Source of the DNA: a candidate division WWE3 bacterium CSP1-7
GTDB lineage: Bacteria > Patescibacteriota > WWE3 > 9FT-COMBO-53-11
Reading direction: 5' to 3'
Length of the DNA stretch: 52,912 bases
NCBI GenBank assembly: GCA_001443395.1
Contig: LDXK01000003.1
Coordinates: forward strand, 33,182-86,093
Below the pieces are notes generated by a model that was not told the DNA's origin, searched no databases, and was given only the letters and a program-made list of their open reading frames with translations. The translations under genes were made by a program, and so were the position numbers. This document shows positions 32,412-40,757 of this stretch, piece after piece. The first letter of the stretch is position 1, and each line of letters begins with the position of its first letter.

Positions 32412-34205
32412 ATGCTTTTTTCTAAACTGGCGCAATATTTTTCGCGGATCGAAGCCACCCCCAAACGCTTAGAGATTACCGCAATTCTCGCGGATCTTTT
32501 GAAAGAATCTTCTCCTGAGGAAATCGATAAAATCTGCTATCTCGTGCTTGGTCAGCTCGCCCCTCTCTACGAGGGCGTGGAGTTTAATCTCGCCGGAAAA
32601 ATGCTGCTGCGGGTGATGACGGATGCCTACATGGTTCCTGGAGCGGAGGTCGAGAAAATCGCCAAAGAGAAAGGGGATCTAGGGGATGCGGCAGAGGAAT
32701 TGGCGAAGAGGTCTAAAGTTTCCGGTTCACGGTTAACAGTCGGACAGGTGTATGCGAAGCTGCGGCAGATCGCCGAGGATTCCGGAACCGGCTCGCAGGA
32801 ACGCAAGGTCCGGGAAATGGCGGGGCTCTTCCAATCCCTCGATCCGCTTTCGGTTCGGTATGTTGCTCGGATTCCGGTGGCAAGCTTACGGTTAGGTTTC
32901 TCGGATAAAACCATCCTCGATGCGCTTTCGGTCGCCGAAGCGGGGGATAAATCCCTTCGCCCTCTGATCGAGCGGGCCTACAACGTCTCGGCCGACATCG
33001 GCCGGATCGCTCAGTTCGTTAAGAGTAAGGGAGCAAAAGGTATAGAAAAGATTGAAGTCACAGTGGGGGTCCCGGTGCGGATGGCGGCGGCGGAACGCCT
33101 GCCGACCCCGGCGGAAATCTTGGAGAAAATGGGTGGGAAGCTGGCCGCCGAGCCGAAGTATGACGGCTTTCGGGTTCAGGTTCACCTGGACAAAAGCCGC
33201 AAGCAGGCGGCGGATAATGAGGGCGTTGAGCAGCCGGCTCTGGCCGGATTGGTCGGGGTGGAAAAAGGTTCCTGGGTGCGAATCTTCTCCCGCAATCTGG
33301 AGAACACCACTCCGATGTTTCCGGAGATCGCCGCCGCCGCCCAGAAACTGGCGGCGAAATCATTAATCTTCGAGGGCGAAGCGATCGCCTACAATCCCGA
33401 TACTGAAGAATTTGAACCGTTCCAAGAAACCGCCAAGCGGAAGCGGAAGTACGGAATCAAGGAAAAGGCGGTCGAACTCCCTCTCAAAGTTTTTGCCTTT
33501 GATTTGCTTTACCTCGATGGCCGAGATCTCACCCGGGAACCCTACGAAACCCGGCGGCGGGCGCTGGAGAAGCTGGTTTCCGGTCATGAGGACACGATTA
33601 TCCTCGCCGAAGAGCGGGTTTTCACCAATGCGAAAGAGCTGGAGAAATTCTTTTTGGAGGAGATCGAGCACGGGTTAGAAGGGATTATGACAAAACGATT
33701 GGACGGAGTTTATCAAGCGGGAGTGCGCAATTTCAATTGGGTCAAGTTGAAGCGGGTCGAGGAGGGGAAACTGGAGGACACGATCGATTGCGTTGTTCTC
33801 GGCTATTACACGGGCCGAGGTAAACGGACCCAGTTCGGGATCGGGGGATTCCTCGTTGCCGTTTACGATGACAAAAACGACACTTTCAAAACGATTTCCC
33901 GCGTTGGCTCCGGTCTAACCGATGAGGAATGGCGGGAGATGAAGAAGCGGGTGGATGCCCTTAAGACCAAGGAAAAACCCAAGAACGCGGATGTTGCCAA
34001 AGAGCACAATCCAGATGTTTGGGCCGAGCCTTCCATCGTGGTGGCGATCCGGGCCGATGAGATTACCAAATCTCCGTTGCACACGGCGGGTGGGTTGGCC
34101 CTGCGCTTCCCCCGTCTGATGGCTTTCCGTGACGATAAAAATCCCGAACAGGCGACAACGGTCGCTGAAATGGAAGAGTTGTTTCGGCAGCAGCGAAAAC
34201 GCTAA
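32412..34205 (+). CDS. lig: ATP-dependent DNA ligase (archaeal/eukaryal Lig I-like)
   Basis: Adenylation motif AAEPKYDGFRVQVH, further nucleotidyltransferase and OB-fold motifs; 597 aa. Confidence 0.9.
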   Translation: MLFSKLAQYFSRIEATPKRLEITAILADLLKESSPEEIDKICYLVLGQLAPLYEGVEFNLAGKMLLRVMTDAYMVPGAEVEKIAKEKGDLGDAAEELAKRSKVSGSRLTVGQVYAKLRQIAEDSGTGSQERKVREMAGLFQSLDPLSVRYVARIPVASLRLGFSDKTILDALSVAEAGDKSLRPLIERAYNVSADIGRIAQFVKSKGAKGIEKIEVTVGVPVRMAAAERLPTPAEILEKMGGKLAAEPKYDGFRVQVHLDKSRKQAADNEGVEQPALAGLVGVEKGSWVRIFSRNLENTTPMFPEIAAAAQKLAAKSLIFEGEAIAYNPDTEEFEPFQETAKRKRKYGIKEKAVELPLKVFAFDLLYLDGRDLTREPYETRRRALEKLVSGHEDTIILAEERVFTNAKELEKFFLEEIEHGLEGIMTKRLDGVYQAGVRNFNWVKLKRVEEGKLEDTIDCVVLGYYTGRGKRTQFGIGGFLVAVYDDKNDTFKTISRVGSGLTDEEWREMKKRVDALKTKEKPKNADVAKEHNPDVWAEPSIVVAIRADEITKSPLHTAGGLALRFPRLMAFRDDKNPEQATTVAEMEELFRQQRKR

Positions 34206-34242
34206 ACTCAAGTTGATTAATTTTCGATGGGGGGTGATTTGA

Positions 34243-34590
34243 ATGGCTAAAACTCAAATCGGATTAGAAGAAAATTTGACGGGAGCACTGGCCTACGTTT
34301 TGGGATTTGTATCGGGAATCTTCTTTCTTTTGACGGAGAAGGAGAACAGATTCGTCCGCTTCCACGCGATGCAGTCCACTGTTCTTACCGGCGGATATTT
34401 CGTGTTGAACTTTGTCATCGGATACATTCCGGTAGTCAATGTTCTCTGGTTGGTGATCAGCGTTCCGCTAGGGCTGGCGCTTTTGGTTCTCTGGTTCTAT
34501 CTGATGTATCAGGCCTATCAGGGTAAGGAATACAAGTTGCCGGTGGTGGGAGATATCGCGGAAAAGCAGCTAGGCAAACTCAAAGTTTAA
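34243..34590 (+). CDS. DUF4870-like small membrane protein
   Basis: LAYVLGFVSGIFFLLTEKENRFVRFHAMQS pattern typical of the DUF4870 family. Confidence 0.6.
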   Translation: MAKTQIGLEENLTGALAYVLGFVSGIFFLLTEKENRFVRFHAMQSTVLTGGYFVLNFVIGYIPVVNVLWLVISVPLGLALLVLWFYLMYQAYQGKEYKLPVVGDIAEKQLGKLKV

Positions 34591-34592
34591 CT

Positions 34593-35264
34593 TTGATAGC
34601 GGACCTAATCAGGGCAAAAGAAATTATGCTTCGCGAGCACCTCGCCGCGCGGGGCATTGTTGATGTATATATTCTATCCGCATTTCGCGGAGTTCCTCGT
34701 GAAGCCTTCGTCCCTCCCAATCTGGTTGGTCTAGCGTATGAAGATAACCCGTTGGATATCGGGAGCGGTCAGACGATTTCCCAACCATACACGGTCGCTT
34801 TTATGACCCAACTCCTTGATCCTAAGCCCGGCGATACTGTCTTGGAAATCGGAACCGGTTCGGGGTATCAGGCCGCAATTATTTCTCGTTTGTGTCGGAA
34901 AGTTTACACAATCGAGCGGTTTGAGGATCTCGCGAAAAAGGCGGTCGGAATTCTTAAGAAGCTCAAATACGGTAACGTGGAAGTTATCGTCGGCGACGGG
35001 AGTCTTGGCTTGCCCTCCGTAGCCTTGGCGAAGGACGGGTTCGACGGGATCATTGTCACCGCCGCCGCGCCCGGAATTCCCCGGCCGCTGCTGGAACAGC
35101 TCAAAGTTGGTGGGAGATTGGTGATTCCGGTGACCGTTTCGACCGGGCTCAAGATCATGCAGGAGATGCTCAAGATCACAAAAACGGAAAAAGGATTTCA
35201 AGAGGAACGGTATCCCGGGTTTCGCTTTGTTCCGTTAGTCGGAAAACACGGATATGACAAATGA
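34593..35264 (+). CDS. pcm: Protein-L-isoaspartate O-methyltransferase
   Basis: GQTISQPYTVAFM and SAM-binding VLEIGTGSGYQAAI motifs; start codon uncertain (TTG 34593 or ATG 34626). Confidence 0.85.
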   Translation: MIADLIRAKEIMLREHLAARGIVDVYILSAFRGVPREAFVPPNLVGLAYEDNPLDIGSGQTISQPYTVAFMTQLLDPKPGDTVLEIGTGSGYQAAIISRLCRKVYTIERFEDLAKKAVGILKKLKYGNVEVIVGDGSLGLPSVALAKDGFDGIIVTAAAPGIPRPLLEQLKVGGRLVIPVTVSTGLKIMQEMLKITKTEKGFQEERYPGFRFVPLVGKHGYDK

Positions 35265-35314
35265 CACAGCGCTAGCGAGTAATTTGTGCAACCGAGCGAA
35301 GCGAGGACGGCATA
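35262..35314 (+). repeat. Stop-codon-adjacent repeat, family 1, copy B
   Basis: TGACACAGCGCTAGCGAGTAATTTGTGCAACCGAGCGAAGCGAGGACGGCATA; its first three nt are the pcm stop codon. Confidence 0.85.
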
Positions 35315-35335
35315 TCTGGTATTTTCATTCTAAGT

Positions 35336-36481
35336 ATGATCGGCCTTAACCGCTTCTACCGCCGCCCGCTCAATTCACTCTATTTGACCACCTCGATCCT
35401 GCACTTTGGGCTTTCGATGATCGGAATTTTTGTGCCGATCTACATCTTTCAGCTTACCGGCAACTTTTACTATTTGCCGGCTTTTTACGGGGTTCTTTCT
35501 TTGACAGCGATCTTTTCTCTTCTGGCCGCTCCGACTTTTTTGCTTCGGTTGGGAGCCGGCCGCAGTGTCTTGCTGGCCAATGTTTTTCGGATCCTAAACC
35601 TTCTTCTTTTGCTCTTAGCCGCCCGCAATCCTTTATTGATTTTACCGGCGGCTATTTTCGAAGGTCTGACCATCCCCACTTTCTGGGTAACCTATCACAG
35701 TGTTTTCCTGGCCTCCGGAAAGGATGGGGAATTCGGACGCAAGATCGCCTGGATGGGGGTTTTTGTTTCGGTGGTTTCGGCGCTGGCGCCGTTCTTCGGC
35801 GGGTTGGTGGTGGCAACCTTCGGATTTCCCGTCCTCTACGGGCTGGGGATGCTGCTGATCCTTCTTTCCAGCATTCCGATTCTTTGGGTCGGCGACCATC
35901 TCGGATTCCGTTTCGTTGGAGCGAAGCAGATTCTGGCGGAAACTTTTTCCCGCCCCTGGCGCCCGGTCCTGACCGGATTCCTAGGGATCAGGTTGGAGAA
36001 TGTGATCGCTGCTCTCTTTTGGCCGCTTTTCCTCTTTGGGGTGGTGAAGTCATTCACCAACTTGGGAGCGGTGACTTCCGTTTTTGCGGTGGTCGAGGTG
36101 GCGCTAATGGTTGTCGCCGGGAGAGTGGTGGATTCTCTCGGAAGCCGCCGGGTTTTTAAGGTAGGGGCGTTGTTCCTGGCGCCGTTTTGGTTCCTTGTCG
36201 GATTTTTCCCGGGCATTTTGGCACTGGCGGTTCTCAATGCTTACCGGGGGTTGGTGGCTCCTTTTTATGGGATTGGGGCAGAATCTCTGTTTTACAAACT
36301 GGCCGAAAAAGACCACTTCCTTTCAGTGATCAAGCGGGAGGTCAGCATTCACCTCTCGATTCTGGTTTCGGTTTTTATTTGCGCTGTTCTTTGGTTTTTC
36401 TTTCCAGCGAACTGGCCGGTTCTGCTCATCCCCGCCGCGCTGGCCTGCTTCTTGGCGATTACCTTCACCCGCGCCAAATAG
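35336..36481 (+). CDS. MFS-type transporter
   Basis: 381 aa, about 12 hydrophobic segments in a 6+6 arrangement. Confidence 0.6.
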   Translation: MIGLNRFYRRPLNSLYLTTSILHFGLSMIGIFVPIYIFQLTGNFYYLPAFYGVLSLTAIFSLLAAPTFLLRLGAGRSVLLANVFRILNLLLLLLAARNPLLILPAAIFEGLTIPTFWVTYHSVFLASGKDGEFGRKIAWMGVFVSVVSALAPFFGGLVVATFGFPVLYGLGMLLILLSSIPILWVGDHLGFRFVGAKQILAETFSRPWRPVLTGFLGIRLENVIAALFWPLFLFGVVKSFTNLGAVTSVFAVVEVALMVVAGRVVDSLGSRRVFKVGALFLAPFWFLVGFFPGILALAVLNAYRGLVAPFYGIGAESLFYKLAEKDHFLSVIKREVSIHLSILVSVFICAVLWFFFPANWPVLLIPAALACFLAITFTRAK

Positions 36482-36497
36482 TGCTAATTTGATAGTG

Positions 36498-36953
36498 ATG
36501 ATTTATCTCGGAACCGACCACCGCGGGTTTGAGCTCAAGGAAAAGATCAAGACTTGGCTGGCAGATTGGAAAATCCCTTTTGAGGACCTCGGCAACATCG
36601 TCTACGATCAGACCGACGACTATCCCGATTTTGCCGCTCAGGTCGCCCGGCGAGTGGCGGAAAGTCCTGAAGAAAACCGGGGGATTATGCTTTGCGGGTC
36701 GGCGGTGGGGGTGGACATCGTTGCCAACAAATTCCGAGGCGTGCGCTCGGCCGTGGTCTGGAGCGACGATGCGGCACTAGTGAAACAGTCCCGTCAGCAC
36801 GACGGCGCCAACGTGCTCGCCCTGCCGGCCGATCACCTCACCGAAGAACAGGCCAAAAACATCGTGAAACTCTGGCTCGAAACTCCTTCCCCCAGCGAGG
36901 AGCGGCACCTTCGCCGCCTCCAGAAAATCGCCGATCTGGAAGTCCAGCCGTAA
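36498..36953 (+). CDS. rpiB: Ribose-5-phosphate isomerase B
   Basis: YLGTDHRGFELKEKI and CGSAVGVDIVANKFRGVR motifs of RpiB/LacA; start at ATG 36498. Confidence 0.85.
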   Translation: MIYLGTDHRGFELKEKIKTWLADWKIPFEDLGNIVYDQTDDYPDFAAQVARRVAESPEENRGIMLCGSAVGVDIVANKFRGVRSAVVWSDDAALVKQSRQHDGANVLALPADHLTEEQAKNIVKLWLETPSPSEERHLRRLQKIADLEVQP

Positions 36954-36969
36954 AAAGGACGCCCCGCCA

Positions 36970-36999
36970 AAGAAAAAGCGAGGGGTTTTAATCCTCGCC
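36970..36999 (-). terminator. Rho-independent terminator of the minus-strand two-ORF unit
   Basis: GCGAGG (36978-36983) / CCTCGC (36993-36998); minus strand continues TTTTTCTTT. Confidence 0.65.
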
Positions 37000-37009
37000 A
37001 GCTGGCAGT

Positions 37010-37210
37010 CTAACTCTCCGGGGGGAAGATCTCGCTCACGCGCTTGTTGGCGAGTTGGTCGTACGGATTCTCTCGCCATCGGCGTCTCGGGTGTTCCTCA
37101 GGAAGGATCATATTCAAGATTTCCCACATGTACTTCGGCCGCCGCGCTCGCTTCGCCACCAGCCTCTCGGGGAGTTTCAGCCATCTCCGAACGATCCTCA
37201 ACAGGTTCAT
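37010..37210 (-). CDS. Small basic hypothetical protein (66 aa)
   Basis: RBS AAGGAGGAGAG 4 nt from the ATG; start lies inside the upstream ORF in another frame. Confidence 0.5.
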   Translation of the reverse strand: MNLLRIVRRWLKLPERLVAKRARRPKYMWEILNMILPEEHPRRRWRENPYDQLANKRVSEIFPPES

Positions 37211-37340
37211 CTTTCTCTCCTCCTTCGGCTTTTCGCCGCAAGAATTTCTCGCCGCACTTTTGGCAGACCCGACGGCCCTTGAAGACGGCTTCTTCCAGAG
37301 TGATGATGCTTCTTCGATATCGGCGCCACGCGGAGCGCAT
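37098..37340 (-). CDS. Small hypothetical protein (up to 80 aa) with one CxxC
   Basis: RBS GGAAAGGAGGAGAG directly upstream; extended -10 TGATAGGAT on the minus strand; its last 113 nt overlap the next ORF out of frame. Confidence 0.45.
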   Translation of the reverse strand: MRSAWRRYRRSIITLEEAVFKGRRVCQKCGEKFLRRKAEGGEKDEPVEDRSEMAETPREAGGEASAAAEVHVGNLEYDPS

Positions 37341-37424
37341 CTCTCCTCCTTTCCTAATTGGTTAGTTTTATCCTATCACGGGCCGTTTCTTTGACTGGGC
37401 CGACGTTGGTAGAATGAGGCAGAA

Positions 37425-38087
37425 ATGGTTGAGGTCGTTCCATCTCTCCTAGTCAACACCCGGGAAGAATTTCTCCAGCGCTTTGATCTGGTCGCCTCCC
37501 ACGTCGATCGGGTCCAGTGGGATATCATGGATGGCATTTTCGTCGACAACACCACCTTTTCCGATCCCCTGGTGTTGGACGAGATTGATAAGCTGGGCTA
37601 CAACCCGCCCCCGAAGATCGAAGCCGATCTGATGGTTTCCGATCCCGCGAACTGGATTGAACGTCTCCACCACCCCGGGGTGGAGCAGTTGATCTTCCAC
37701 GTTGAGTCCTCTAAGGATTGGGAACCAATCTTCGCCCAGGCTCGGGCGATCGGCTTCACCATCGGCCTCGCCGCCGAGCCGGAAACCCCTCTCGCCGGCT
37801 ACGAAAAAATTCTGGAAAAGGTGGATCGCTTCCAGGCGATGGGTGGGCAGAGCGGTTTTGGCGGACAGAAGTTCAACCCCGCGGTCCTGGAGACGATTAA
37901 GAAAGTCCGGAGCAGGTTTCCAAACCTGCCGATTTCGGTTGATATCGGGGTGAACGCCGAAACGGCGCCGGCGATGCTTGCCGCGGGAGTAACGATTCTG
38001 GTAGCGGGTTCAGCCATCTTCAAAGCCGAGGATGTCCCCAACGCGATAGAATCTCTAAGAAATGGACGGCCGTCTACAACGTCCTAG
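37425..38087 (+). CDS. rpe: Ribulose-phosphate 3-epimerase
   Basis: VQWDIMDGIFVDNTTF and C-terminal GVN...AG...LVAGSAIF motifs of the Rpe TIM barrel. Confidence 0.8.
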   Translation: MVEVVPSLLVNTREEFLQRFDLVASHVDRVQWDIMDGIFVDNTTFSDPLVLDEIDKLGYNPPPKIEADLMVSDPANWIERLHHPGVEQLIFHVESSKDWEPIFAQARAIGFTIGLAAEPETPLAGYEKILEKVDRFQAMGGQSGFGGQKFNPAVLETIKKVRSRFPNLPISVDIGVNAETAPAMLAAGVTILVAGSAIFKAEDVPNAIESLRNGRPSTTS

Positions 38088-38178
38088 ATTTCCGAAGGAA
38101 ATAACGGCCGTCCACAGCGACCTAGCATTTTAAAGAAACAAAAATGGACGGCCGAAGAAACGACCTACCATTTTAGAG
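38064..38178 (+). repeat. Family 2 repeat: three tandem subunits spanning the rpe stop codon and the rpe-LOG spacer
   Basis: Subunits (G/A)(G/A)ACGGCC-N8-11-CCTA(G/C) at 38064-38087, 38103-38125 and 38146-38168. The last two are each followed by ..ATTTTA.AGAAACAAAAATG. Confidence 0.8.
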
Positions 38179-38186
38179 AAACAAAA

Positions 38187-38765
38187 ATGTCAAAGTTTAA
38201 GAAAATCACCATTTTTGGTTTCGCGGACGCAAAAGAGGGCGATCAGGTCTGGAAGGATGCCTTTGCGACGACCAAACTCCTGGCGGAGAGCGGTTACACG
38301 ATTGTGAACGGCGGCGGGCCGGGAGTAATGAAAGCCGCGACTCTGGGCGCCCACGCTGGCGGGGGAAAAACCATCGGTGTCAGCTTCTACCCCAAAAACG
38401 CCCCCCTTTTTGAAGGCCGTGATAAGACCAACCTGATCGACGAGGAGATCGTGACCGAACACTACATCGACCGGACGATGAAGCTGCTGGACGCGGGCGA
38501 CGCCTACATCGCCTTTAAAGGCGGAACCGGTACCCTCTCGGAATTCGGGATGGCCTGGGGTCTGGCCCGCCTCTATTTCGGCCACCACAAGCCCTTCATT
38601 CTTTTCGGCGAGTTCTGGCGGGACATGTTGGCGGCTTTTGAGAAAAATATGTATATTAGAGGGGAGGAGATGAAGGTCTACCGGATTGTGGACAGCCCGG
38701 AGGAAGTTTTGAAGGAGATCCGAAGGTTGGAAGCGGACAACGACGGCCCGGCCGTTGTTTACTAA
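38187..38765 (+). CDS. LOG family / TIGR00730 (cytokinin riboside 5'-monophosphate phosphoribohydrolase-like) protein
   Basis: GGGPGVMKAATLGA and FKGGTGTLSEF motifs. Confidence 0.8.
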   Translation: MSKFKKITIFGFADAKEGDQVWKDAFATTKLLAESGYTIVNGGGPGVMKAATLGAHAGGGKTIGVSFYPKNAPLFEGRDKTNLIDEEIVTEHYIDRTMKLLDAGDAYIAFKGGTGTLSEFGMAWGLARLYFGHHKPFILFGEFWRDMLAAFEKNMYIRGEEMKVYRIVDSPEEVLKEIRRLEADNDGPAVVY

Positions 38766-38820
38766 TGACACAGCGCAAGCGAGTAATTATTGCAACCGAG
38801 CATCAGCGAGGACAGCATTA
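38766..38820 (+). repeat. Stop-codon-adjacent repeat, family 1, copy C
   Basis: TGACACAGCGCAAGCGAGTAATTATTGCAACCGAGCATCAGCGAGGACAGCATTA; starts 1 nt after the LOG stop and ends 2 nt before the tkt ATG. Confidence 0.85.
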
Positions 38821-38822
38821 AT

Positions 38823-39689
38823 ATGCAATTTCCCAAGAAAGAACACTACAGCGTAGATGAGCTCTACAAAATGGCGAACGAGATGAGGGTTGACCTCATT
38901 AAGATGCTGACCAAAGCCGGTTCCGGCCACTCCGCCTCACCGTTGGGGACGATGGAGATCTGGACCGCCTTCTACTTCCACATCCTGAACCACAACCCCA
39001 AAAAGCCCGATTGGGAAGAGCGGGACCGCCTCCTGCTCTCCTGCGGCCACTACTGTCCGGTTCGCTACACGGTAATGGCCCACGCTGGCTATTTCCCCCA
39101 CGAAGAGCTCTGGACCCTGCGGAAATACGGCACCCGCTTGCAGGGGCACCCGGAGCGGGAGCGCTTGCCGGGAGTGGAAACAACCTCCGGTCCGCTCGGT
39201 TCGGGCCTCTCTCAAGCCGCCGGGATGGCGAAGGTTGCCAAGATGGACGGCAAAAAGTGGTGGACCTACGTGCTGATGAGCGACGGGGAACAGCAGACCG
39301 GCCAGATCTGGGAGGCGGCGATGTTCGCCGGCAACAACAAGCTTGGTAATTTGATCGGAATTCTCGACCGCAACAACATCCAGATCAACGGGTTTACCGA
39401 AGACGTGATGCCGTTGGAGCCCCTGATGCAGAAATACGAGGCCTTCGGTTGGCACGTGCAGGATATCGACGGCCACAACATCGAGGAGCTGATCGACGCC
39501 GTCAACAAGGCCAAAGCCGTCTTCAACAAGCCCTCTCTGATCCTGGCTCACACGATTCCGGGGCGGGGAGTGGAGTTTATGGAGCGGAAGTATGAGTGGC
39601 ACGGCAAGCCGCCCAATCCGAAGGAAGCGCTGGAAGCGATTAGGGAGATCAGAACTCTTGGTGGTAGGATCAGGAGCGAACACGAATAA
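38823..39689 (+). CDS. tkt: Transketolase, N-terminal (TPP-binding) subunit
   Basis: Start at ATG 38823; GSGHSASPLGTMEI..., GHPE, SDGEQQTGQIWEA motifs; the track TTG start 38790 lies in the repeat. Confidence 0.85.
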   Translation: MQFPKKEHYSVDELYKMANEMRVDLIKMLTKAGSGHSASPLGTMEIWTAFYFHILNHNPKKPDWEERDRLLLSCGHYCPVRYTVMAHAGYFPHEELWTLRKYGTRLQGHPERERLPGVETTSGPLGSGLSQAAGMAKVAKMDGKKWWTYVLMSDGEQQTGQIWEAAMFAGNNKLGNLIGILDRNNIQINGFTEDVMPLEPLMQKYEAFGWHVQDIDGHNIEELIDAVNKAKAVFNKPSLILAHTIPGRGVEFMERKYEWHGKPPNPKEALEAIREIRTLGGRIRSEHE

Positions 39690-40693
39690 TGCCAATAAAC
39701 AAAGCCGCAAAACTGGTTGAAAACATCTTGGACAAGGCCAAGCTGGAAGCCAAACCCACTCGGGATGGATTCGGATTGGGAGCGGTGGCGGCCGGCAAAA
39801 AGGATCCGAACGTAGTGGTCCTCTGCGCGGATTTGTCGGAGTCGACCCGGGCCCAGATGTTCCAGAAGGAATTTCCCGATCGGTACGTCGAGGTGGGAGT
39901 GGCGGAGCAGAACATGGCCTCCCTCGCCGCCGGGATGGCGCTCGCCGGCAAGGTGCCCTTTATCGCCTCCTACGCCGCTTTTTCTCCGGGGAGAAACAAC
40001 GAACAGATCCGGACGACCATTTCGCTGAACAACGCTAACGTTAAGATCATGGGGGCCCACGCCGGAGTTTCGGTCGGACCGGACGGGGCGACCCACCAGG
40101 CGCTGGAGGACATGGCGCTGATGCGGGTCCAACCCAACATGAAGGTTTTTGCGCCCTGCGATGTTTGGGAAGCCAAGAAAATCGTCGAAGCGATCGCCCA
40201 GATCTACGGCCCGGCCTACATGCGCTTTGCCCGCGATAAAACGCCGGTGATTACGACCGCAGAAACGCCGTTTGCGATCGGCGTGGCTCAACTTTTTTGG
40301 GAATCTGCCAAAGAAAAAGTGGATGTGGCGATCTTCGCCTGCGGACCGTTGGTGCACGAGTCGATTTTGGCGGCCGCGGTGCTTGAAAAAGAGGGTTTGG
40401 GAGTGGAGGTTTACGACAGCTCGTCCGTCAAGCCGCTTGATGAAAAAACTGTTCTCGCTGCCGCGAAAAAGGCCGGAGCGGTTGTGACAGCGGAGGAGCA
40501 CCAAGCCAAAGGCGGGTTGGGAGGGGCGATTGCCGAATTTCTGGGAGAGAACCATCCTGTTCCAGTAATTAGGGTCGGCGTGAAGGACCGTTTTGGCGAA
40601 TCCGGCGAGCCGGACGAGTTGATGGTGGCTTTTGGACTGGTCGCCAAAGACATTGTTGCTGCTGCCAAGAGAGCCGTAGAGCTGAAGAAGTAA
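39689..40693 (+). CDS. tkt: Transketolase, C-terminal (pyrimidine-binding) subunit
   Basis: FPDRYVEVGVAEQNMASLAAGMA motif; start overlaps the previous stop (TAATG). Confidence 0.85.
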   Translation: MPINKAAKLVENILDKAKLEAKPTRDGFGLGAVAAGKKDPNVVVLCADLSESTRAQMFQKEFPDRYVEVGVAEQNMASLAAGMALAGKVPFIASYAAFSPGRNNEQIRTTISLNNANVKIMGAHAGVSVGPDGATHQALEDMALMRVQPNMKVFAPCDVWEAKKIVEAIAQIYGPAYMRFARDKTPVITTAETPFAIGVAQLFWESAKEKVDVAIFACGPLVHESILAAAVLEKEGLGVEVYDSSSVKPLDEKTVLAAAKKAGAVVTAEEHQAKGGLGGAIAEFLGENHPVPVIRVGVKDRFGESGEPDELMVAFGLVAKDIVAAAKRAVELKK

Positions 40694-40715
40694 TAAAGAG
40701 TAATTTAATTGTTCC

Positions 40716-40739
40716 TTATAGTATATTAATATACTATAA
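40716..40739. promoter_or_regulatory. Perfect 24-bp AT-rich palindrome (candidate operator) upstream of fba
   Basis: TTATAGTATATTAATATACTATAA equals its own reverse complement; ends 19 nt before ATG 40758. Confidence 0.6.
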
Positions 40740-40757
40740 CAGACTGGGTATATTTAA

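Noticed and set aside
37407-37427. Leaderless mRNA for rpe (extended -10 TGGTAGAAT only 9 nt before the ATG)
   Set aside because: A GAGG Shine-Dalgarno sits between the -10 box and the ATG. That is inconsistent with a TSS at the ATG, and it cannot be resolved without TSS data.
38190-40555. Long minus-strand ORFs (38190-38771, 38937-39710, 39548-40555) antisense to the LOG and transketolase genes
   Set aside because: They are Arg/Pro/Gly-rich shadow frames typical of GC-rich coding DNA. They have no RBS, and the plus-strand genes carry unambiguous family motifs.
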